DNA of 64,000 nt from an uncultured Bacilli bacterium (lineage in GTDB: Bacteria; Bacillota_I; Bacilli_A; RFN20; CAG-288), in contig CALVXU010000002.1 in NCBI GenBank assembly GCA_944371605.1, positions 27,754 to 91,753 of the forward strand, given 5' to 3'. The position numbers and the translations under genes are program-made. The notes below the pieces were generated by a model. That model saw only the letters and a list, made by a program, of their open reading frames with translations, did no database searches and was not told the origin of the DNA. Below, one piece after another: positions 38,607-48,025 of the stretch. Each line of letters starts with the position of its first letter. Positions within the stretch are counted from its first letter, which is position 1.

Positions 38607-41261
38607 ATGTCATTACCATCATTCGATAATATCAGATTCAAAGGTACGTTTCGCACTTATCAAAAAGAGATTTTAGATGAGTGCGAAAAATACCTTGCTG
38701 ATAAAAAATTAAATGTGGTTGCCGCTCCTGGTTCAGGAAAAACGATTTTAGGATTAGAAATAATACGTAAATTACATAATAGAGCTTTGATTTTATCACC
38801 GACGACAACTATCAAACATCAATGGGGTGAGAGATTAAAAGAATTATTCTTGCCTGATGATGTCAATCCAAGCGACTATCTTTCTTATGATTTACATGAG
38901 ATAAAACTTATAAATTCAATAACTTATCAAGCTCTTTACTCGATGATGGAAAAGGTAAAAGTCGAAGATGAAGAGATTGATTTTTCGTCTTTAGATATTT
39001 TACAAATCATCAAAGAGTTTGACATCAAAACCATATGTTTAGATGAAGCTCATCATCTAAAAAATAAATGGCAAAAGTCTTTGAGTATCTTTTTGAAGAG
39101 CTTAGATAAAGATATCACCATCATCTCTTTAACAGCGACTCCACCATATGACGCATCACCAGAAGAATGGAAAAGATACCAAGAGACTTGCGGCGATATC
39201 GATGCTGAAATATTTATTCCAGAATTGGTAAAAGAAAAAACTCTCTGTCCACATCAAGATTATATCTACTTCAATTATGCGACTATTCAAGAACAAAACA
39301 TATTTCAAAACTATCGTCTTCATGCTTTGACAGCTATCTCTGAAATCAATGATTTAGCTTGTATCAAAGAGCTGAACGACAGAATCAATCAGCTATATAA
39401 AGAGGATAAGCACATCATCTTTGCTAAATCAGAATCATTTTATTATCTAGAGCTATATATCGAAAAATATTTTTCCAAATATAATCGTCATTTAGTCCAT
39501 CTATTCGCATATGGAAATAAGAAAAAGTTGACTTTACAAATCATTGAAGAAATCTATTCGTTTCTTTTAAAATCTGACCAATTATTAAACTCGGCCGAAA
39601 AACACAATATCGAACAAATTCTTAGAAAACATGGTTTGATCAGCAATTATGGGATCAGTCTAAACTTGAATGAATCGCTGAAAAGAAAACTCATCTCATC
39701 ATGTGGAAAGCTCAAAAGCATAGTAGAAATCGCCTCAAGCGAATCAAAAAACTTACAAAGCGATTTGAGAATGCTGATTTTGACTGATTATATCAAAAAG
39801 GAAGAATGCGATAAAATCAAAACTGAGCAAGAGTTTAATTCTTTATCTGTCGTTTCGATATTCGAAACTCTCAGAAGAAAAGGATTTGAAAAACTAGCAT
39901 GTTTATCAGGTAGTTTAATCATCTTACCTATATCTATTCAAAAAGAATTAAATAAGAGAAACATTTCATATACTTTAAATGAAATTGAAGACACTTCATA
40001 CGGATATTACTCATTTGCTGGTCTCAATAAGCAAAAAGTCGAAATCATCAATGACTTATTTCAAGACGGTTTGATTGATATCTTGATCGGAACAGCTTCT
40101 TTATTAGGCGAAGGCTTTGACTCACCATGCATTAATTCTTTAATACTCGCTTCTTATGTCGGTTCTTTTGTGCTCTCTAATCAAATGCGAGGAAGAGCTA
40201 TCAGAATCGATCCAAATAATCCGAACAAAACCGCTAATATCTTTCATCTCGTAACTATCGAACCTGAATATATATTTAAAGATAAAAAAATCGCCCAATT
40301 AGAAGCTTTTATTCAAGAGGATAGGTCAACATTTATCTCACAAGATTATGAAACCTTGAAGAGAAGATTCAGAAGTTTTATCGGTCCTAATTACACGACT
40401 GGTGATTTGGAATCAGGGATCAAGCGAATAACTTTAATCAAAGGCCCATACAACAAAACACAGATAGATCATATAAATGATGAGATGCTAAAACTGGCTA
40501 ATAAAAGACAAGAGTTATTTATGATTTGGCAAAACGCTTTATCTAAATATACCGGCAAAACATATTTAGAAACATCTATCGATAAGAAAGCCAAAATCCC
40601 TACTTTTTCTTTTGTAAATATGATTTCCATCATGACGATTTATTTTGTAACCATCATTTTCAACATCATTTTTGTCACATTCATCAGAAATTTTTTACAG
40701 AGCACTGAATTCAGTATTCTCGCCGCTGTCGTTCTAGTCTTATCAATATTCCTAATCTATCTAGCTAGCAGAGCTACTTATTTTGCACTTCTACACTTAA
40801 ATCCTAACAAATCATTTAAATTGATAGCCAATGCTTTATATCTAGCTTTGCAAGATATCCATAAAATCTCTCTAGACGCTGAAGTTGAAATCAATGAAGA
40901 TTCTAGCAAAAGGATTTTCAGTGTAAAACTCAACAATGCCTCTTTTCATGAGCAAAACATTTTCATCGATGCATTAAATGAATTGTTCTCACCAATAGAT
41001 AACCCAAAATATCTTTTGCTTAGAACTAATTTCATCAAGCTTTATGACTATAAATACACTTTTGCTTGTCCGGAAATCTTCAATTCTTCAAATGCACAAA
41101 TTCAAGATGCTTTTTTGATAAGACTGAATAAAGTCATGCCTGGCTATTCATTAATCTATACTCGTTATGAATTAGGCTATAAGACTCTTATCAAGGCTAA
41201 AAAATCATCGTTTGTCAATAAAAACAGTAAGCTTCTTTCCTCAAGAATCAGTTTTAAATAG
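38607..41261 (+). CDS. Superfamily-2 DEAH-box helicase (ResIII/XPB-RadD-like core) with two C-terminal TM helices and an uncharacterised C-terminal domain
   Basis: Motif I AAPGSGKT, motif II LDEAHH, motif III LTATP, motifs V/VI GTASLLGEGFDSP ... QMRGRAIR. Hydrophobic helices: MISIMTIYFVTIIFNIIFVTFI and FSILAAVVLVLSIFLIYLA. Confidence 0.8.
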   Translation: MSLPSFDNIRFKGTFRTYQKEILDECEKYLADKKLNVVAAPGSGKTILGLEIIRKLHNRALILSPTTTIKHQWGERLKELFLPDDVNPSDYLSYDLHEIKLINSITYQALYSMMEKVKVEDEEIDFSSLDILQIIKEFDIKTICLDEAHHLKNKWQKSLSIFLKSLDKDITIISLTATPPYDASPEEWKRYQETCGDIDAEIFIPELVKEKTLCPHQDYIYFNYATIQEQNIFQNYRLHALTAISEINDLACIKELNDRINQLYKEDKHIIFAKSESFYYLELYIEKYFSKYNRHLVHLFAYGNKKKLTLQIIEEIYSFLLKSDQLLNSAEKHNIEQILRKHGLISNYGISLNLNESLKRKLISSCGKLKSIVEIASSESKNLQSDLRMLILTDYIKKEECDKIKTEQEFNSLSVVSIFETLRRKGFEKLACLSGSLIILPISIQKELNKRNISYTLNEIEDTSYGYYSFAGLNKQKVEIINDLFQDGLIDILIGTASLLGEGFDSPCINSLILASYVGSFVLSNQMRGRAIRIDPNNPNKTANIFHLVTIEPEYIFKDKKIAQLEAFIQEDRSTFISQDYETLKRRFRSFIGPNYTTGDLESGIKRITLIKGPYNKTQIDHINDEMLKLANKRQELFMIWQNALSKYTGKTYLETSIDKKAKIPTFSFVNMISIMTIYFVTIIFNIIFVTFIRNFLQSTEFSILAAVVLVLSIFLIYLASRATYFALLHLNPNKSFKLIANALYLALQDIHKISLDAEVEINEDSSKRIFSVKLNNASFHEQNIFIDALNELFSPIDNPKYLLLRTNFIKLYDYKYTFACPEIFNSSNAQIQDAFLIRLNKVMPGYSLIYTRYELGYKTLIKAKKSSFVNKNSKLLSSRISFK

Positions 41262-41380
41262 TAAATTTAACTAAAATTTTATAGTTTTTTATTCAAAAAA
41301 ATCATCGTGTTTTACAAGCGTTTTTGTAATCTTCCACAAAGTTTATTACTTTTACAATCATATAAATATTAATTAACGCT

Positions 41381-41400
41381 TTGTTAACTAAATTTAACAT
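41381..41400. promoter_or_regulatory. Imperfect inverted repeat TTGTTAA-N6-TTAACAT upstream of the hydrogenase operon (candidate operator)
   Basis: Seen at 41381-41400, about 85 nt upstream of the hydC ATG. Confidence 0.25.
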
Positions 41401-41484
41401 TGTATTTTTGCAAGTAAGCGCTTTTCTTTTAGTCCTTAAACAATTAAACTAATTACTATAGTCTTATTTGCAAGGGGGCAATAC

Positions 41485-41967
41485 ATGATTAACCTACGCC
41501 ATGAAGCAGTCGCTATCATCATTGAAATTTGTGACCGTTATAAAGATGAGCCATCCCCATTAATGTTGATTTTAGCAGATGTACAAAAAGAGTATGGTTA
41601 TATTCCTCTTGAAGTTCAAGAGATCATTTCTGCTAAAACTGGAATCCCTGTATCAGACATTTATGGAGTGGTCACTTTTTATAATTTTTTCTCACTCGAG
41701 CCGAAAGGAAAATACGTCATCGACGTTTGCATGGGCACTGCCTGCTATGTCAAAGGCGGCCAAAATGTTTTGGATAAATTCTGTGAATTATTAAAGATCA
41801 AACAAGGTCAAACCACTGAAGACGGGATGTTCTCATTAGATGGAATCCGTTGCTTAGGGGCTTGTGGCATCGCACCAGCTGTCAGTATCAATGGTAAAGT
41901 CTATCCGAAAGTAACACTAGCGCAAGTGCCTCAAATCATCAAAGAATATCGCGAAATGGAGAAATGA
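41485..41967 (+). CDS. hydC: NuoE-like [2Fe-2S] subunit of the trimeric [FeFe]-hydrogenase
   Basis: GGGGG RBS. Thioredoxin-like [2Fe-2S] ligands CMGTACYV and CLGACGIAP. Confidence 0.88.
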   Translation: MINLRHEAVAIIIEICDRYKDEPSPLMLILADVQKEYGYIPLEVQEIISAKTGIPVSDIYGVVTFYNFFSLEPKGKYVIDVCMGTACYVKGGQNVLDKFCELLKIKQGQTTEDGMFSLDGIRCLGACGIAPAVSINGKVYPKVTLAQVPQIIKEYREMEK

Positions 41968-41968
41968 C

Positions 41969-43876
41969 ATGGCTACACAAAAAACAAAGAAAAACACTGC
42001 TGCCAAAGAAGTGATTAAAGATTTTGCTAGTTTAGATAAAAAAATCACTTCTTGTACAAAAACATTAAATGAAAAATTTACTGGAAAAGATAAGAAACGT
42101 CACATCGTCGTTTGTGGTGGAACCGGATGTCTATCTTCTGATTCTGCAAAAATAGTTGAAGAATTAAATAAAGAGATTAAAAAGAGAAAATTAGAAAGCA
42201 AAGTGACTGTGAATATCGTCGGCTGTTTCGGCTTTTGTTCACAAGGTCCTTTTGTCAAAATCTATCCAGAAGACACCTTATATCACGGCGTTAAACCCGA
42301 AGATGCTAAGCGTATCATCGAAGAAGATATCGTCAATGGAACAATAATCGAAGATCTTTTATATGTCGATCCGACTACTAAAGAGAAAATCAAACGTCAA
42401 GACGACATCAATTTTTATAAAAAGCAAATGCGCATCGCTCTTCATGGTTGTGGAACTATTAATCCGGAAGATTTGAATGAATCATTTGGTTATGATGGCT
42501 TTAAAGCTTTGAAAAAAGTTTTACAGATGGATAAGCAAGCTGTCATCGATGAAATCTCTAAATCTGGTTTAAGGGGCAGAGGCGGAGCTGGATTCCCAAC
42601 AGGAAAGAAATGGCAATTTGCTCTCGATCAAAACAGTGATGAGAAATATGTCATTTGTAATGGTGATGAAGGCGATCCTGGCGCTTTTATGGACCGTTCG
42701 ATTTTAGAAGGAAATCCAGCCAGTGTCATCGAAGGTATGATGATAGCTGGATATGCTATTGGTGCTAAACAAGGCTATTTCTATATCAGAGCCGAATATC
42801 CTATCGCTTGTGCCCGTATCAAGACTTGTATCAAAGAAATGGAAGAAGCCGGTTTATTAGGAGACAACATTTTAGGAACTGATTTCTCTTTCCACATCGG
42901 TCTACGATATGGTGCTGGCGCATTCGTCTGTGGTGAGGAAACTGCTCTTTTGAATTCCATTGAAGGAAAAAGAGGTATGCCTAGACCTAAGCCGCCTTTC
43001 CCGGCTGTCTCTGGTCTCTGGGGAAAACCGACTATCATCAACAACGTTGAAACACTTGCTAATGTCCCATACATCATCAGAGTAGGTGCTGAAGAATTCG
43101 CTAAGATAGGTACCGATAAGAGCAAAGGAACCAAAGTATTTGCTCTCGGCGGAAAAGTAAAAAATGTCGGATTGGTTGAAGTTCCGATGGGAACAACTTT
43201 AAGAACCTTGATTTATGATATCGGTGGTGGTATTCAAAATGATAAAAAATTCCAAGCCATTCAAACCGGTGGTCCGTCAGGCGGTTGTTTGACTATCGAT
43301 GAATTAGATGTTCCTATCGATTATGATTCATTAGTCGCTCACGGCTCGATGATGGGCTCGGGTGGCGCAATCGTTATGGATGAAGACAACTGCATGGTTG
43401 ATGTCGCCAAATTTTATATGCAATTCATCTGCGATGAATCTTGTGGTAAGTGTTCTCAATGCCGCATCGGAACTAAAAGATTATTAGAAATAATGACGAG
43501 AATAACTGATGGAAAAGCTAAACTATCTGATCTTGATAAATTAACTGAATTAGCCGACTCCATCGCTGTAGGAGCTCTCTGCGGTTTAGGACAAACTGCT
43601 GCTAATCCGATCACTTCAACTCTCAGTAAATTCCGCGATGTTTATGTCAGACATATCATGGATAAAAAATGTGATGCTGGCGTGTGCAAAACTTTAATCT
43701 CTTATCACATCGACCCTGATAAGTGCCGTAAATGCTCATTATGTTCTAGAGGTTGCCCAGTCAATGCGATTTCAGGTGTAGTCGGAAAAGAAGCTTATAA
43801 AATCGATCAAAACAAATGTATCAAATGTGGTTCGTGTATCGCTAGCTGCCGCTTCGGTGCCATTTATAAGGAGTAA
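41969..43876 (+). CDS. hydB: NuoF-like NAD(H)/FMN-binding subunit of the trimeric [FeFe]-hydrogenase
   Basis: GLRGRGGAGFPTGKKW, ICNGDEGDPGAFMDR, ESCGKCSQCRIG, and C-terminal 2x[4Fe-4S] ferredoxin motifs (CRKCSLCSRGCP, CIKCGSCIASC). Confidence 0.92.
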   Translation: MATQKTKKNTAAKEVIKDFASLDKKITSCTKTLNEKFTGKDKKRHIVVCGGTGCLSSDSAKIVEELNKEIKKRKLESKVTVNIVGCFGFCSQGPFVKIYPEDTLYHGVKPEDAKRIIEEDIVNGTIIEDLLYVDPTTKEKIKRQDDINFYKKQMRIALHGCGTINPEDLNESFGYDGFKALKKVLQMDKQAVIDEISKSGLRGRGGAGFPTGKKWQFALDQNSDEKYVICNGDEGDPGAFMDRSILEGNPASVIEGMMIAGYAIGAKQGYFYIRAEYPIACARIKTCIKEMEEAGLLGDNILGTDFSFHIGLRYGAGAFVCGEETALLNSIEGKRGMPRPKPPFPAVSGLWGKPTIINNVETLANVPYIIRVGAEEFAKIGTDKSKGTKVFALGGKVKNVGLVEVPMGTTLRTLIYDIGGGIQNDKKFQAIQTGGPSGGCLTIDELDVPIDYDSLVAHGSMMGSGGAIVMDEDNCMVDVAKFYMQFICDESCGKCSQCRIGTKRLLEIMTRITDGKAKLSDLDKLTELADSIAVGALCGLGQTAANPITSTLSKFRDVYVRHIMDKKCDAGVCKTLISYHIDPDKCRKCSLCSRGCPVNAISGVVGKEAYKIDQNKCIKCGSCIASCRFGAIYKE

Positions 43877-43879
43877 TGT

Positions 43880-45685
43880 ATGGCTAAAAAAGTTACAATT
43901 TATATCGAAGATAGACCTTATTTAGTCGATGAAGGACAATCGATCTTAGAGGCTGCTAAAAGCTGTGGTTTCAATATTCCTAACCTTTGCAACTGGAGAG
44001 ATCACAAATGCTCATTGGCTTCCTGTCGCGTTTGCTTAGTCAAAGTAGAGGGTGAGAGAAGATTGATACCGAGTTGTGCTTATCCAGTTAGAGACGGACT
44101 TAGAATCTCAATCTCTGACTCGGCTGCGGTCTCTGCAAGAAGAACATCAGTGGAACTTCTTCTTTCTAACCACTATTACAACTGCCAAGCTTGTAGAAAA
44201 AATGGTCACTGCGAATTATTAGAAGTCGCAAGAGAAGTCGGAGCACGTCCTGAATTATATGTCGGGTCTAAAACTCCAACAACATTAGATGAAATCGCAC
44301 CTGGTATCGTCAGAGACACTTCTAAGTGTATCCTTTGTGGAAAATGCATCGAAGCTTGCAAAGAATCACAAGGAATCGGTATTTTAGGATTTGAAAATCG
44401 TGGTTTTCAAACGATTGTTGGACCTGTCGCCAATAAATCCTTTGTCAACGTTCCTTGCATCCAATGCGGTCAATGCACATTAGTCTGCCCGACTGGCGCT
44501 TTGATGGAACATAATGACATTCCAAAACTAGATAAAGCCAGCCAAGATCATAAAACCATCATCGCTTTTGTAGCACCAGCTGTCAGAGCAGCAATCGGTG
44601 AAGAATTCGGTGAGAAAATCGGAACCAATTGCACTGGCAAACTAGCTGCCGCCTTACATCGATTAGGTTTTTATCGTTGTTTCGACTTGAATTTTGGTGC
44701 TGATTTGACCATCATGGAAGAAGCCACTGAATTTGTCAAACGTCTTTCTCAACACTCGCCTAAGCCGATGTTGACATCTTGTTCACCTGGTTGGATCAAT
44801 TACATTGAATATAACTATCCTGATTTATTGCCTCATCTATCGACTTGTAAATCACCGCAGCAGATGATGGGTGCTATCATCAAATCTTATTATGCTGAGA
44901 AAAAGAACATCGATCGTTCACAGATTTGTGTTGTTTCTATCGTCCCTTGCACAGCTAAGAAGTTTGAAAGACAAAGAAAAGAGATGAAAGTCGATGGCAT
45001 CGATGATGTCGACGTCGTTTTAACCACTCGTGAATTAGGCCAGCTCATCAGACGTTCTGGTATCATTTGGAGCCGTTTGCCGAATGAAGATTTTGATCAT
45101 GATCTGATAGGTGAAAACACTGGTGCTGGTGTCATCTTCGGTGTCACTGGAGGCGTGATGGAGGCGGCTATAAGAACTGCTTATCACATCATAACTAATC
45201 AAGAGATGGAACCTGTTAACTTCGTCCCAGTCAGAGGCTTAGAAGGGATCAAAGAGGCTTCTTTATCGATAGCAGGTATAAATTTAAACATCGCAGTTTG
45301 TTCAGGGATGAAAAATGCTAAAGTCCTCTTAGACGAGATTCGTTCAGGTAATTCCAAATATGATTTCATCGAAGTCATGGGTTGTCCAGGAGGCTGTATA
45401 AATGGTGGTGGACAGCCATATGTCTTCCCAGTCTTCTTACCGAACGAAGACCCAGATATTTGGTACACTTATCGTGAGAAGAGAGCTAAAGTTTTATATG
45501 AAGAAGACAAAGGCAAACCGATTAGACGAAGCCATCTTAATCCAGATATTCAAAAATTGTATAAGGATTTCTTAATCAATCCCGGCTCACCAATATCTGA
45601 AAAGCTATTACACACTTCATATAATTTCCATCGTGAACCATATCCAGAACCGACTGAGAAAACAACTCCGATAACTAAGAAATAA
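43880..45685 (+). CDS. hydA: [FeFe]-hydrogenase catalytic subunit (N-terminal 2Fe-2S and 4Fe-4S domains + H-cluster domain)
   Basis: AAGGAG RBS. H-cluster motifs P2 VPCTAKKFE and P3 EVMGCPGGCINGGGQP are canonical. P1 reads LTSCSPGW, a variant discussed in the findings. Confidence 0.92.
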   Translation: MAKKVTIYIEDRPYLVDEGQSILEAAKSCGFNIPNLCNWRDHKCSLASCRVCLVKVEGERRLIPSCAYPVRDGLRISISDSAAVSARRTSVELLLSNHYYNCQACRKNGHCELLEVAREVGARPELYVGSKTPTTLDEIAPGIVRDTSKCILCGKCIEACKESQGIGILGFENRGFQTIVGPVANKSFVNVPCIQCGQCTLVCPTGALMEHNDIPKLDKASQDHKTIIAFVAPAVRAAIGEEFGEKIGTNCTGKLAAALHRLGFYRCFDLNFGADLTIMEEATEFVKRLSQHSPKPMLTSCSPGWINYIEYNYPDLLPHLSTCKSPQQMMGAIIKSYYAEKKNIDRSQICVVSIVPCTAKKFERQRKEMKVDGIDDVDVVLTTRELGQLIRRSGIIWSRLPNEDFDHDLIGENTGAGVIFGVTGGVMEAAIRTAYHIITNQEMEPVNFVPVRGLEGIKEASLSIAGINLNIAVCSGMKNAKVLLDEIRSGNSKYDFIEVMGCPGGCINGGGQPYVFPVFLPNEDPDIWYTYREKRAKVLYEEDKGKPIRRSHLNPDIQKLYKDFLINPGSPISEKLLHTSYNFHREPYPEPTEKTTPITKK

Positions 45686-46110
45686 AATGATGTTAAGAGC
45701 TGTACCATCATGCTTTCGATAATATGTACAGCATTAAGCGATTTAATGTCGCAAAATTTCAATAGTATCTCTTCGTTTTTTCATTAGTTTTTACTATGTC
45801 CAATAGCCTTTATCACATCATAATATATACTTCATCAATATAAAGTTTTTCACTATAGAGTATGTCTCATAATTTTGTCCTAATAAAGAGAGATTATTTG
45901 CAATCTTTATCGATAGCCTTCAGATAGAAACTTTTATCTGGCCCTCTTTTTTATGACTTTTTCGCTTGTGTCACATCTAGCAAATATTATCAACAATATC
46001 TTTTATATCAGTTACAATTAACAGTTAGTCGCAACACTTTTTTGTCTCATAATTCTCTTTGCTATTAATTTTTAAGAGCAAGGCTGTTAAAATTATCTTT
46101 GGAGTTTAAA

Positions 46111-46974
46111 ATGTTCATTTCTTTTTTAGGATATAAGACGTATTACGAAGTCTATGGTAAAGACTCAGATTCGGCACCGGTGATTTTTTTACATGGCGGC
46201 CCTGGTTCAACTTGTGATTCTTTTCGCTCATTGACCAAATATGTTGATATCACAGGTCGCAAATGGATACTTTATGATCAATTAGGCTGTGGAAATTCTT
46301 CATCAGACTTACCTATTTATCTTTATTCATCAAAAACTTGGATTGAAGAATTAGAAAATTTGATTAAAAAATTACAGCTAGAAGAGTATTATTTGCTCGG
46401 CCATTCTTGGGGTGGTATGTTAGCTATTTTATATACTTTAAAAAGCGAACATGTCGGATTAAAGGGCTTAATTCTTTCTTCGACGCTTTCCTCAGCAAAG
46501 CTTTGGTATGAAGAAGGACAGAGATTGATGTCATATCTTTCTGAAGAAGATCAAAAGGCCCTTTCATCTTTTAACAATCAAAGCTTAGAATATCAAATCG
46601 CTCAACTACATTATTATCAACGATACGTTTCTTCCAATAAAAAAACTAGCAATGAATATATCAGTCAACAATTATCTTCGCACAACCAATCTTATCAAAT
46701 CGCTTGGGGAAATGATGAGTTCACACCGACTGGTGAACTTAAAGATTATGAGGTCACCGATCAACTTAAACAAATAAAAGTGCCGACTCTCATCCTCTCT
46801 GGCACAGACGATGAGTCCACTCCTCTCATCAATAAGACGATATATGATAACTTAGGCGGCTATAAGGAATGGATTTTAACCCCTAACAGCAATCATTCTT
46901 CTTTCATCAACAATCAAAAATATGTCGAACAGATTAATAAATTTATTAGAAAGGTGGATAAAAATGAAATTTGA
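46111..46974 (+). CDS. Proline iminopeptidase-family alpha/beta hydrolase
   Basis: ATG at 46111 follows GGAG. HGGPG oxyanion motif, GHSWGG nucleophile elbow, and a C-terminal His region (NSNHSSF). Confidence 0.8.
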   Translation: MFISFLGYKTYYEVYGKDSDSAPVIFLHGGPGSTCDSFRSLTKYVDITGRKWILYDQLGCGNSSSDLPIYLYSSKTWIEELENLIKKLQLEEYYLLGHSWGGMLAILYTLKSEHVGLKGLILSSTLSSAKLWYEEGQRLMSYLSEEDQKALSSFNNQSLEYQIAQLHYYQRYVSSNKKTSNEYISQQLSSHNQSYQIAWGNDEFTPTGELKDYEVTDQLKQIKVPTLILSGTDDESTPLINKTIYDNLGGYKEWILTPNSNHSSFINNQKYVEQINKFIRKVDKNEI

Positions 46975-47959
46975 ACTAGTTAAACAAATTCTTAATGATG
47001 CTGAATTCGGCGTCTTAGATGATGGATATATCGTAGCTTCTCCTTTTAAATTATCCCTTTATGATAAAAATCTCAATGAGATCAAAACAAGAACAATCAT
47101 GTCAGGTGTTTCTGTCGCTTTTTTATCTGGTGATAAAAAATATTTTGTCATCATTGATGAAGCTAGCACCATTCAAATCTATTCCACCTCTGATTTAGAA
47201 GAGATCAATTCGATGGATTTAGATCGCTCATTGATTGTGAGAGGTAATTATTATTTTGTTTCCCAAGATAGATTTTATATCTTTAGTTGTGATATCGATT
47301 TGCCTAGCGGCGCCTTTTCTTTCGGAGCTGCTCCTAAAGCACCTGAACCCACTGATATCACAATCTATAGTATTCCCGAATTAAAAATGATCTCACATGA
47401 GCAGATAGACCATAAATATCTCGGATATCTACCATGCGTTGATAATTCTGACATTATTTTAGTTGATAGAAATTCCACTTATCTCAAATCAGGAGAGGAT
47501 ATTAAAGATCTTAAAATCAATGTCACTAAGCATCAAATGATAAAGGCAGATGATAAATATTATCTAGTCAAACAAGATGGGCTATATATCTTAAATAATG
47601 ATTATCGATGCGTTGATGAGATTAAACTCTATCGCAACACTATGACTCTCGAGGAGAAAGACATGATTCGTTCTTTAAAAATGTCTTTTGAAGGCACCAA
47701 AATGTCTAATATGTTTGCTGATAAGAGTGAAACAAATCTTTATGAAGTCTTAGCTTTTGACATCACTGATAAATATATCTTTATTCTCTATTCACATTCA
47801 TTCAGCAATTCAAGTAAACTGAATATCATCACTAAAGATACTCATGAGCTCGTCTATGAATTCAATTCAAGTTATCGAATCATCGATGTCAAAGCAGATA
47901 CAGATCATGTTTTCTTAATCTGTCCAAACTGCAATTTTATCTTTAAATATTCGGAATAA
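46964..47959 (+). CDS. Uncharacterised cytoplasmic protein (331 aa), possibly beta-propeller-like
   Basis: ATG at 46964 follows AAAGGTGGA and overlaps the upstream gene by 11 nt. Repetitive beta-strand-like segments. No motif I recognise. Confidence 0.5.
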   Translation: MKFELVKQILNDAEFGVLDDGYIVASPFKLSLYDKNLNEIKTRTIMSGVSVAFLSGDKKYFVIIDEASTIQIYSTSDLEEINSMDLDRSLIVRGNYYFVSQDRFYIFSCDIDLPSGAFSFGAAPKAPEPTDITIYSIPELKMISHEQIDHKYLGYLPCVDNSDIILVDRNSTYLKSGEDIKDLKINVTKHQMIKADDKYYLVKQDGLYILNNDYRCVDEIKLYRNTMTLEEKDMIRSLKMSFEGTKMSNMFADKSETNLYEVLAFDITDKYIFILYSHSFSNSSKLNIITKDTHELVYEFNSSYRIIDVKADTDHVFLICPNCNFIFKYSE

Positions 47960-48025
47960 AAGTAAAAATCAATCTATGTGATTTATCGTATACCATTTAT
48001 AATAATTACATCACCGAGGTTATAA

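Noticed and set aside
41381-41400. Canonical Rex box upstream of the hydrogenase operon
   Set aside because: The half-sites fit, but the spacer is 6 nt rather than 4 nt and one half has a mismatch. It is kept only as a generic inverted repeat in the findings.
45686-46098. Small ORFs (10-31 codons) in the hydA-pip spacer as candidate peptides
   Set aside because: None has a Shine-Dalgarno sequence at proper spacing or a recognisable leader or peptide motif. They cannot be supported from sequence alone.
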